This document shows positions 35,896 through 43,715 of a DNA stretch of 43,715 bases, in pieces. How positions within the stretch are numbered: position 1 is the stretch's first letter; each line of letters starts with the position of its first letter. The position numbers and the translations under genes were made by a program. The stretch spans positions 1-43,715 of IMG/VR virus record IMGVR_UViG_3300020042_010029; one strand, written 5' to 3'. The notes under the pieces are model-generated. The model ran no database searches. It was not told the DNA's origin and saw nothing but the letters and a program-made list of their open reading frames with translations. Source of the stretch: a virus. Taxonomy: Duplodnaviria > Caudoviricetes.

Positions 35896-36432
35896 ATGAA
35901 ACAAACTTTTGATAACAGCAAAAACGAACTACTTGAACTAGCTTATACTGATAAACTTGGTAATAAATGGTACAACTACACGAACGTACTGGGTATATCA
36001 CCTGCAAGAGGTATCGCAGCCGCTAGAGCTGACAGATATGTAGGTTTAAAGATTAGCGAAAACAATTTCAAAGACCTTATCAACGCTGCCATTGACGGCG
36101 TAAACACTAAGCAGGATTTTGTTGGAGCGTTTGCAATCCTTAACGAATTAAAGTATAGAAGTGAGTTTCTATGTGAAGAAAATAGCATACTTGACCTAGC
36201 TTCCATTTATTACTTTCTTGAAGATGAGAATCCTGAGTTCCCAAGTGAATTTCACAACAAAAAGAAACTTGATATTTGGCAAAAGGATGAGCTTTGCAGA
36301 GGTTTTTTTTTGCACATGGGTTTGGCTCTCACGAAACGCTTTTCAACTACAGCAGAGGACGATTTGTTGAAATTTTTACAAGAGAGTCTACCAATAGCAG
36401 AAAGGATTTACAGGTTCATACCTCGCTCATAA
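35896..36432 (+). CDS. Tail assembly chaperone (gpG-like)
   Basis: Two ORFs upstream of the TMP; probable start MKQTF at 35896; contains a T9 slippery run at 36303-36311. Confidence 0.6.
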   Translation: MKQTFDNSKNELLELAYTDKLGNKWYNYTNVLGISPARGIAAARADRYVGLKISENNFKDLINAAIDGVNTKQDFVGAFAILNELKYRSEFLCEENSILDLASIYYFLEDENPEFPSEFHNKKKLDIWQKDELCRGFFLHMGLALTKRFSTTAEDDLLKFLQESLPIAERIYRFIPRS

Positions 36433-36614
36433 TAGCAGAGTTTACAGAGTATTTCGACAAGTTGATATACCACGCTTGCGACGGAAAGCCATCAGATATT
36501 GAAGCATTGGAGAATAGAAAAACGTTCGTTGAGTTCCTTAGCATATTAAACCACCATTTAGAGCGTGTAAGGCTTCGTAATGAAGAAGCGGACAAGCATA
36601 ACAAATCAAAATAA
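36303..36614 (+). CDS. Tail assembly chaperone -1 frameshift extension (gpGT-like)
   Basis: Open -1 frame from 36294 to 36614 with no ATG; ends 6 nt before the TMP start. Confidence 0.55.
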   Translation, partial: FFFAHGFGSHETLFNYSRGRFVEIFTRESTNSRKDLQVHTSLIIAEFTEYFDKLIYHACDGKPSDIEALENRKTFVEFLSILNHHLERVRLRNEEADKHNKSK

Positions 36615-36620
36615 CATATC

Positions 36621-39329
36621 ATGGCAAATAACGTTGCAGAAGAAATATTCAAGATCAAGGCAGATACTGCCGATATCATAGCAGGCTTGCAGAAGCTAAA
36701 AGGAGTTTATGTAGAACTCACAGAGGAACAAAAGAAACAAGCTATTGAGCTGGCTACCTTGGAACAAAAGGAAAAGTCTTTGACTGCAGCCCGTAATAAG
36801 TCAACGAATCCTACAACTACAATTCAGTTAACTAAAGCTATTAGTGAGAATAAGAAGCAAGTTGACGCATTAAAGGCTTCAGTTGACAAATATACCATGG
36901 CAAACTCGGCAGCTAAGGTTGAAGTTGATTCACTTTCCAAGTCGGTATCAAACGCCTTTAAATCAACCGCAGTCAACGCAGCCATTACGGATATGAAGAA
37001 AATAGAAAATGCTGCTATATCAGCAAAAGCTAGTGGATTCAGCCCGTTGAACAACTCGGTTAACCAATTAAGCAGGGAGTTACCTGCGTTTGCCGTATCA
37101 GCCAACGTCGGCTTCTTGGCTATCTCAAACAACTTACCGATATTTTTTGATGCGTTACAACGGATTAATAAAGAAAACGCAGAACTTGCCAAGGGCGGTA
37201 AAAAAACCACGGGCGTTTTAGCTCAATTAGGACAAGCCGTGTTCTCAATGGGCACTCTATTATCAGTTGCCGTAACTTTACTAACGTTATATGGTGGAGC
37301 TATTGCCAAGGCGGTGTCTTCTTTGTTCGACCAACGCAACGAATTGGAGTTAAATAAAGAAGCCCTTGCCGATTATAATGATGAAATTGAAGCGTCCGAG
37401 AAAAACCAAAAGAAGTTTACTGATAGAATCACAGCAACGGCTTTGGAGTTGATTAAGTTGACATCAGGACTTGGAGCGGTGCAAGCTAACAACTTAGAAG
37501 CTTTGAGTAAAGTGCAAGACGAGTTCACAGATATTGAAAAGCGCAGAAGGGCTGCTGTTACTAAAATGGTAATGGATCAACTGAAGGACGGGGACAACGA
37601 ATTGAAGATTGCTACTGAGGTAAAAGATGGATTAATTGCCATCAAGAATGAGGAAACGGGTGAAATCATCAAGCTAGACAAGGATATGAAAAACATCGTT
37701 GGTTCAACCTTCTTTGGTAAGGAAGCCTTGACGAGAAATGAAAAAGCCCTTCGTGATAAGATTGGCAATATAAACCGAGAAAACAAAATAGAACTAAGAA
37801 ACTTGGAACTATTATTGGCTGAGGAACTAAAATTGAATGGGGCAAATGAAGATAAGAAAAATAAAGGCAGAAAAAACGCCCATACGCAACGTTTAAAGGA
37901 CGAAATTGACCTTCGTGATAAGATACGCCAACTTGCTATTGACGACACTAAGAATGAAGAACAACGAGCAATAGAGCAGGTGCGATTTGATAATGAAAGA
38001 GCGAAGCGTGAGATTGATAAACTCACGGTTGACGAGAATCTAAAAGGGCAAGCCCGAATAGACGCAATAAAGCGATTAGAAGCGCAGAAGGCAACGCTAC
38101 AAATTGCATTGGATAAAGACTTGTTTAATCGTGAGGAAGCAATTAGAGTCAAGTTTCAGCAAGAAACGAATGATAAAATTAAAGCGGATTATGAGAAAAC
38201 GGCAGCAGCTCGTGTAGATATTCTAAATGAAGATATGGACTTTGAGCTCTATTTATTGGAATCTAAATACGACAAGGAGTATGATTTAGGCGCAAAAGCC
38301 AATATTGACAACCTTAAATTGCTTAACGATAGAATCAAAGCCAAGAAAATAGCTATTTTACAAGAGAAGGCGTTGCAGGATGAGGTTGGAAAGAACGCAG
38401 TTGAGCGATTGGCCATTGAGAATAAACTAGCTCACGACATAGAGAAGCTCAACCTTGAATCTAACCAAAAGATTGCCGACCAAGAGAAGCAAATTAACAA
38501 GCAGCGCAAGGAAGCGTATATAAGCTACTTAGCTGAAATCCTTCATGCTATCATAGACGCAACACAAAAGATAATCGCATTAAAAATTAAAGAGGTTGAC
38601 GCACAGATAAGCCAGCAAGAGAAACGAGTTAATGCCGCCAAGGATATTGCAGACCGTGGCAACGCTGAGCTTTTACAATTAGAGCAGGACAGATTGGATG
38701 CGTTAACCAAGAAGCGTGAAAAGTATGTTCGCGATCAACAAGGATTAGCAGCAATAGAGTTAGTTGCCAATACAGCAATCGCAGTATCTAAAGCAGCAGC
38801 CCAAGGTGGTGTAGCTGCAGGTGTGACTATTGCAGCAGCATTGATAGCTTTGGTTGCAGGTTTAGCATCAGCTCGCTCAATAGCAAGCCAAGCCGCATAC
38901 TATGAAGGTGGATATACAGGTGATGGAAATCCCCGTGATGAGTCTTCCACAATGGACGGCAAACGAACGTCACGACCTTACACTTGGCACAAAGGGGAGT
39001 TTGTAATGGACCATAAAAAGACTCGTCAATTCAGAGATATATTTGAGGACATACACGCAGGTCGTGTAAACCTCAACGAATGGAAGGAAAAGGCAAGTCA
39101 ATACGACAATATTATGAACCTTCGTACGTTGTCAATGGCTAATCCTTATGCTAAAGCACCAACAATTAATAACATAGTTCAGGTTCGTCAATTAGAGTCA
39201 AAGATGGACCAATTAAACGACACTATGAGAGCATTACGCTTGGGTTTAAATGTAGATGAAAAAGGATTTACACAATTTATCAGCGGCAGAATGAAACGTG
39301 CGGATTTTATTGATAAATTAGCAAGATAA
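36621..39329 (+). CDS. Tape measure protein, 902 aa
   Basis: Long helical protein; NQLSRELPAFA..GFLAISNNLP motif; hydrophobic A/G segments; C-terminal GGYTGDG...HKGEFV. Confidence 0.9.
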   Translation: MANNVAEEIFKIKADTADIIAGLQKLKGVYVELTEEQKKQAIELATLEQKEKSLTAARNKSTNPTTTIQLTKAISENKKQVDALKASVDKYTMANSAAKVEVDSLSKSVSNAFKSTAVNAAITDMKKIENAAISAKASGFSPLNNSVNQLSRELPAFAVSANVGFLAISNNLPIFFDALQRINKENAELAKGGKKTTGVLAQLGQAVFSMGTLLSVAVTLLTLYGGAIAKAVSSLFDQRNELELNKEALADYNDEIEASEKNQKKFTDRITATALELIKLTSGLGAVQANNLEALSKVQDEFTDIEKRRRAAVTKMVMDQLKDGDNELKIATEVKDGLIAIKNEETGEIIKLDKDMKNIVGSTFFGKEALTRNEKALRDKIGNINRENKIELRNLELLLAEELKLNGANEDKKNKGRKNAHTQRLKDEIDLRDKIRQLAIDDTKNEEQRAIEQVRFDNERAKREIDKLTVDENLKGQARIDAIKRLEAQKATLQIALDKDLFNREEAIRVKFQQETNDKIKADYEKTAAARVDILNEDMDFELYLLESKYDKEYDLGAKANIDNLKLLNDRIKAKKIAILQEKALQDEVGKNAVERLAIENKLAHDIEKLNLESNQKIADQEKQINKQRKEAYISYLAEILHAIIDATQKIIALKIKEVDAQISQQEKRVNAAKDIADRGNAELLQLEQDRLDALTKKREKYVRDQQGLAAIELVANTAIAVSKAAAQGGVAAGVTIAAALIALVAGLASARSIASQAAYYEGGYTGDGNPRDESSTMDGKRTSRPYTWHKGEFVMDHKKTRQFRDIFEDIHAGRVNLNEWKEKASQYDNIMNLRTLSMANPYAKAPTINNIVQVRQLESKMDQLNDTMRALRLGLNVDEKGFTQFISGRMKRADFIDKLAR

Positions 39330-39337
39330 TTAAAGAC

Positions 39338-41062
39338 ATGAAGATTTATTTGGACAATATACCTGTTAGTTTGCCTACAAAAGACTTATTAGAGCCAACG
39401 TTTGTGCTTAGAAAGCAAACTGAAACTGGCGACCGTGCTTATTCTTTCACGGGCGATTTAGAGTTCCACGGCAAAGATTATGATTATTTGTACGCTCAGC
39501 TAGTAACAAGCCCGAACGCTTTGGAAAATAAGGTAGTATTGAAGTTTGTTAACGATTGTTGCTCACAAAACCAAGTATTTGAATTTTGGATTGACCATAA
39601 GAGCTTGGAATGGTGTGACGGAGAGTGTAAAGTAACGGCTGCAGCTGTGGAGAAATCAATAGCAAGCGACCAATACACTTGTCTTCAAAACACTTTGATT
39701 TGGGACGATTATGCAGGCTTCAAGAGTAGACAGCATCCACGAATGGCTTATTGTAACGAACTGCGACCTAATTGGCTTCACGACGCTTTAATCATCTTAA
39801 CAATGGCTACTTGGACGTCGTTCCTTATGTATGGCCCTCTGTTGATTGTAGTAGCATCAATTATCAATACTATAAACTTTATAATAGCAGCTATCAATGT
39901 AGTTATTGGGGCTGTTAACGGATTGGGAGCAAGTATTGACGAGATTGACCCAATAGACTTGGACGGCGACCCAAGTACAAACGCTTTCCAAGAGATAAAT
40001 ACATGGGTTAACAACCTATTGAACGCTTCGTTTGGTTGCGGACGCAAGCACCCTTCGCCATTAGTGAGAGATTATATCAATAACGTTTGCGGTAAATGCG
40101 GCTTGACCTTCGTATCTTCAATATACAATGACCCAAACTCAGATTATTACAATACAGTGTACGTTAACGCACCAATCCATAAAGGAACGCAAGAATCGGA
40201 CATAACTACCTATTGGATTGACGAAAATGCGCCAATATTATCAGGGCTTCAGCTATTGGACCAACTAAAGCCTGTATTTAACGCCAAATACGAGATAGTA
40301 AATAGCAAGCTTATATTTGAACGCAGGGATTTTTTTATACCTAAAACGCCTTGGTTGGACCTTACAACAATAGATAAAGATAAGATTGTAAGCCTTTGTT
40401 GGAAGTGGTCACAACGCACGAGATACTCATACGCAAACATGTACTACCAAAAGGACGGTGTTAATTGGGTTGGAAGCGAAGCAGTATCAAGATGGGGTGA
40501 TATAGTTGATTGGAATAACACACCTTATTCGAACTTGCAGAAGGGTGAATACAAGCCTTTATTGGAGTTTGGAGCTTGCCGATTCCGTGATGATGGAATA
40601 GACAGGGACGTATTGACTTTTTATGAGGATTTGCCAACTATTGGTACATTATTGAAGAAGTATAAGAACGCTATGCTGATGAACTCACACAACTCTTATT
40701 TACCTATGCTGTTAATATGGGACGGACAGAACGTTGAGAACGCTTCTTGCGACAAGTTTGTCAACATTAGCTACGGTGGATTAGCAGGAGTTGTTGGAAC
40801 TAACCAATACTACAACTTTCCTTATTGGTTTAAAGATGGCTATCCTGGCAATCTATATGATCGGTTCCATTATATCAACAATCCTCGTGTGAGCGGCTTC
40901 CAAGGTTTTGACTTTGAGGTTGTATTAAACTACGATTGCCAAATGCTTAGCGACATAGATATTGAAGGAGTCATAAGAACGGCAAGAGGGGATTCAAGTG
41001 AGCCACCTATCATCACAATTAACACATCAAATAATACATTAACAATTAAAGGAACAGTATAA
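39338..41062 (+). CDS. Tail tip/baseplate hub-like protein, 574 aa
   Basis: Directly after the TMP; Cys-rich; internal long hydrophobic segment. Confidence 0.6.
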   Translation: MKIYLDNIPVSLPTKDLLEPTFVLRKQTETGDRAYSFTGDLEFHGKDYDYLYAQLVTSPNALENKVVLKFVNDCCSQNQVFEFWIDHKSLEWCDGECKVTAAAVEKSIASDQYTCLQNTLIWDDYAGFKSRQHPRMAYCNELRPNWLHDALIILTMATWTSFLMYGPLLIVVASIINTINFIIAAINVVIGAVNGLGASIDEIDPIDLDGDPSTNAFQEINTWVNNLLNASFGCGRKHPSPLVRDYINNVCGKCGLTFVSSIYNDPNSDYYNTVYVNAPIHKGTQESDITTYWIDENAPILSGLQLLDQLKPVFNAKYEIVNSKLIFERRDFFIPKTPWLDLTTIDKDKIVSLCWKWSQRTRYSYANMYYQKDGVNWVGSEAVSRWGDIVDWNNTPYSNLQKGEYKPLLEFGACRFRDDGIDRDVLTFYEDLPTIGTLLKKYKNAMLMNSHNSYLPMLLIWDGQNVENASCDKFVNISYGGLAGVVGTNQYYNFPYWFKDGYPGNLYDRFHYINNPRVSGFQGFDFEVVLNYDCQMLSDIDIEGVIRTARGDSSEPPIITINTSNNTLTIKGTV

Positions 41063-41064
41063 TC

Positions 41065-43179
41065 ATGGGATTAATAGACATACCAATTACGATTGGAACG
41101 GTTACAGAGAAAAGCATGCTACCTGATGGGACGGCTTACATATCGGGCAATTTAGGAACAATCAATAGAAGTATAGCTGAAAGAAAGCGCATTACCGTGC
41201 CTTTTAGTAGTGCTTACGCAGCAGGATTTGCCGATACGAATTGGTATGTATATATTGGCTTTGGAAAACAAGGAGTTATTACATCAACCTTCGCCAAGAT
41301 TCCAATATATCATTCTTTATCTATTATTGGAGCTTTTACGGCAGGTGTATATCCAATGTCAATGTCGGTTCCATCGGGTGCAAATCCTTTGTTAAATGAC
41401 AACGTACAAGTTTCTTTAGAGGTATTAACAGCTAGTACATTCCAACTGCATATTGACTATTACAATATCTATGACGAAACCACGTTGCAAGACGTAAGTT
41501 TTCAGGACAACCACAGTAAATTCCTCAAGGACGTTAAAACTAATCCTTTAGAGCTGAATATATCACCAACTACTATTTATAGCAGCACTAACTCTCAATT
41601 TACCTGCAATTTAATCATTGAGAAGCCTAACCAATTACACGCCCCGTCCACGTTTTTATACACGGACCATTGCTCACCCGTTATTGGCTCACCATATACT
41701 GCAGGATTTTACAACAGAAACTCAATGAACAACGCCCCTGACTTTGACACGCCCGTTTGGGAATTCAAGAGAGCGGCAATAGCAGTTTCTAATCTGTCTG
41801 TATACGTCAACACGGACGTAACTTTCAAGATCAATTCAACAACTCTTCCAACAAAAGTATTGGCTTGGGTTATCAGAACCGACAAGTTTGACAACTACGT
41901 TGATATGATAGATAACTACGAAGCTTGTTTTGCTGATATCTTAACGGGTGACCCATCCATTGGAGTTGATAAAATTGTAGCCCCGATTGTTGATATTGCC
42001 TTAGTTAGTGGAACTACATACAAAATCGGGTATTCACTTGATTGTACTAAGCTAGTTAATGGCGCTAAGTACAGGTTGATATCAATAGTTTATGATAACG
42101 CCAACAATAAAGTAAATAGTTTTATATCAGATGAGCTAGTATGTGATTCAACGCCTTGTTACGATGGCGAAGGCTTTGAAGCTATTGGAATCTTAAACGA
42201 TTATGACCGTCAATTTAATGGTAATAGCTTGACTTGCTCGATTGAAGAGCGCATGCAGTCTGTAATAAAGCTGTTTTTCCCGTTTGACCAATGGAAGAAC
42301 TCAATATATACACGTTTAGGCTTAACCACCTCAAATGATATTCGCAGGTATTTAAAGCAAATTAAATTCGATATCTACGACGAATCTACATTTATTGGGT
42401 TAGGAGTTGTAAAAAATTATTACGTGTCAGAAACGGCAAATAAATACGGAATAAACCAATACACGACGGCAAGCGGAATGAGTTTGACGTTCGCCAATAC
42501 TTGGGCTGAGTTTAAAATGGATTGGAGAAACCGATTTGAGTCAAATATTCCTTGTATTTATACAACCGTTAACGATTCGCCAATCACTCCTCAGCAGGCT
42601 ACTCAATATTGGGGCAGTAAACAATTAAAAATTCGTTGGCAGTTAGTATTCAATTACGATGATTACACCGTCCCGTTTGAAGATATTATTGAATTTAACC
42701 AAGGAATAATAGTTGAAGATTATTACGGTTTACACCTAAATCACGAATCAGACGATGTTATAAGGGATGGACCGTTCGATGAGGTTGTAGATTGTTGTAT
42801 TGGCGACGAATTTTGTATGGCTGGTATTCTCAATACCTTTGGAGATACAACAGCTAGAAAATTAATTGTTAACATTTGCCCTGAATTATCAACAGTCAAC
42901 TCTTTACAGGAAGCTGAAACTTGGGTAGGAAATCAATTAACGCAACAACAATCGGTATACATAACGAACCAAGATGAAGACTATTATGTCGACGGGGCTG
43001 AAAGATTAGCAAAGTTTTGTGTAGATACAACAAATTTATCCGTAAATTCGTATAAAATTACAGCCATGGCCAAAGAGTATGTAGAAGTTGGCAGGAGAGT
43101 AACTGAAAAAGGCAACCCTTCTGTATTTGAGCCAAGAGTAACTGAGGAAAATGACATAAGAACAACAGATAACATTTAA
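41065..43179 (+). CDS. Tail structural protein, 704 aa
   Basis: Beta-rich, acidic; C-terminal RVTE repeats; in the tail module. Confidence 0.6.
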   Translation: MGLIDIPITIGTVTEKSMLPDGTAYISGNLGTINRSIAERKRITVPFSSAYAAGFADTNWYVYIGFGKQGVITSTFAKIPIYHSLSIIGAFTAGVYPMSMSVPSGANPLLNDNVQVSLEVLTASTFQLHIDYYNIYDETTLQDVSFQDNHSKFLKDVKTNPLELNISPTTIYSSTNSQFTCNLIIEKPNQLHAPSTFLYTDHCSPVIGSPYTAGFYNRNSMNNAPDFDTPVWEFKRAAIAVSNLSVYVNTDVTFKINSTTLPTKVLAWVIRTDKFDNYVDMIDNYEACFADILTGDPSIGVDKIVAPIVDIALVSGTTYKIGYSLDCTKLVNGAKYRLISIVYDNANNKVNSFISDELVCDSTPCYDGEGFEAIGILNDYDRQFNGNSLTCSIEERMQSVIKLFFPFDQWKNSIYTRLGLTTSNDIRRYLKQIKFDIYDESTFIGLGVVKNYYVSETANKYGINQYTTASGMSLTFANTWAEFKMDWRNRFESNIPCIYTTVNDSPITPQQATQYWGSKQLKIRWQLVFNYDDYTVPFEDIIEFNQGIIVEDYYGLHLNHESDDVIRDGPFDEVVDCCIGDEFCMAGILNTFGDTTARKLIVNICPELSTVNSLQEAETWVGNQLTQQQSVYITNQDEDYYVDGAERLAKFCVDTTNLSVNSYKITAMAKEYVEVGRRVTEKGNPSVFEPRVTEENDIRTTDNI

Positions 43180-43193
43180 TAAATTATAATATC

Positions 43194-43715
43194 ATGGAAA
43201 TCCAAATACCTTTAATACCAACGTCCGCTCCTTTGCCATTAGATGCAGATGCTTTAATAGAAGTTGCTGTCCCTGATGTTGCTAGCGCAACGGGTTATAC
43301 AACTTGTAAACTTAAACCTTCAGCTTTATTGGCAACGAGCGTTAAAAGTTTTCACGCCAACTTAAAACAAAGCGGTACGTCAGCACCTACAATGACGATA
43401 TTGGAAAATACAACAGGAGTTACGCCAACGATATCAAGAACAGGAACGGGCAGATATAAACTATCATTTATAGGGCTTTTCACTGATAGCAACAAGTTAT
43501 CGTTGCACCCATTCTCTAATTGTGAGGCAGGCGGCTCAACGTCTTTAATGACAGTTCAAAACGGTGCAGTTTTAAAAGGGTATTATGGAATTATATTTTC
43601 TGACCTTGACTCTTTATTGATTCATAGCTACGACGCAAGCTTTGGAGCCTTTGATTTAAAGGACGTATTTGGAAGTAATGATTGTAATGTTGCTGTTAAA
43701 TTCACAATATATCCA
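43194..43715 (+). CDS. Putative tail protein, 174 aa, completed across the circular junction (stop TAA at 122-124)
   Basis: MEIQIPLIP...LKQSGTSAPTMTILENTTG...SRTGTGRY...KFTIYP is open to the end of the window; the stop is supplied by bases 122-124. Confidence 0.8.
   Translation, partial: MEIQIPLIPTSAPLPLDADALIEVAVPDVASATGYTTCKLKPSALLATSVKSFHANLKQSGTSAPTMTILENTTGVTPTISRTGTGRYKLSFIGLFTDSNKLSLHPFSNCEAGGSTSLMTVQNGAVLKGYYGIIFSDLDSLLIHSYDASFGAFDLKDVFGSNDCNVAVKFTIYP
43595..43715. repeat. Right copy of 121-bp terminal direct repeat
   Basis: Identical to 1-121. Confidence 0.97.

Noticed and set aside
34-43175. Minus-strand ORFs in the track (e.g. 34-369, 12153-12545, 23262-23786, 30602-31105, 37577-38152)
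   Set aside because: They lie antisense to well-supported + genes, lack motifs, and mirror codon bias of coiled-coil or Thr-rich genes
43595-43715. 121-bp repeat as a biological terminal repeat or att site
   Set aside because: It falls mid-gene, is an exact copy, and its length is compatible with an assembler k-mer overlap; best read as circularisation
1-43715. Stop-codon reassignment (alternative genetic code)
   Set aside because: Standard-code ORFs tile the genome densely, TAA, TAG and TGA all end genes, and no suppressor tRNA is present

Overview
The window is an apparently complete, circular genome of about 43.6 kb from a tailed phage. Bases 1-121 repeat 43595-43715, and a gene reads through the junction. 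The host is probably a Bacteroidota species: TAnnTTTG promoters with an upstream TTTG, A-rich initiation regions without Shine-Dalgarno motifs, and a DUF5675-type lysin. Morphology is probably siphovirus-like (902-aa tape measure, G/GT-type chaperone, no sheath). All credible genes are on the + strand. Modules: head (portal, MuF-like, scaffold, major capsid with an unusual hydrophobic N-terminus); neck and fibres; four glycosyltransferases inside the virion region; a structured ~500-bp early control region; small early genes including a RadC/JAB protein; Sak/YqaJ recombination; lambda-like initiator/loader/NinG; a 4x42-bp palindromic tandem array; lysin and spanin-like genes; terminase; an initiator tRNA; and tail genes. 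The most striking element is a five-gene operon directly before the terminase: ParB-like, class II glutamine amidotransferase, aGPT-PPlase/amino-acid:DNA-transferase-like, P-loop kinase and TET/JBP dioxygenase. It predicts a fully post-replicative thymine hypermodification pathway, possibly ammonia-fed and yielding 5-aminomethyl-uracil. No integrase, repressor, DNA polymerase or C5 methyltransferase was recognised. All family calls come from motif recognition by eye, not from database searches.
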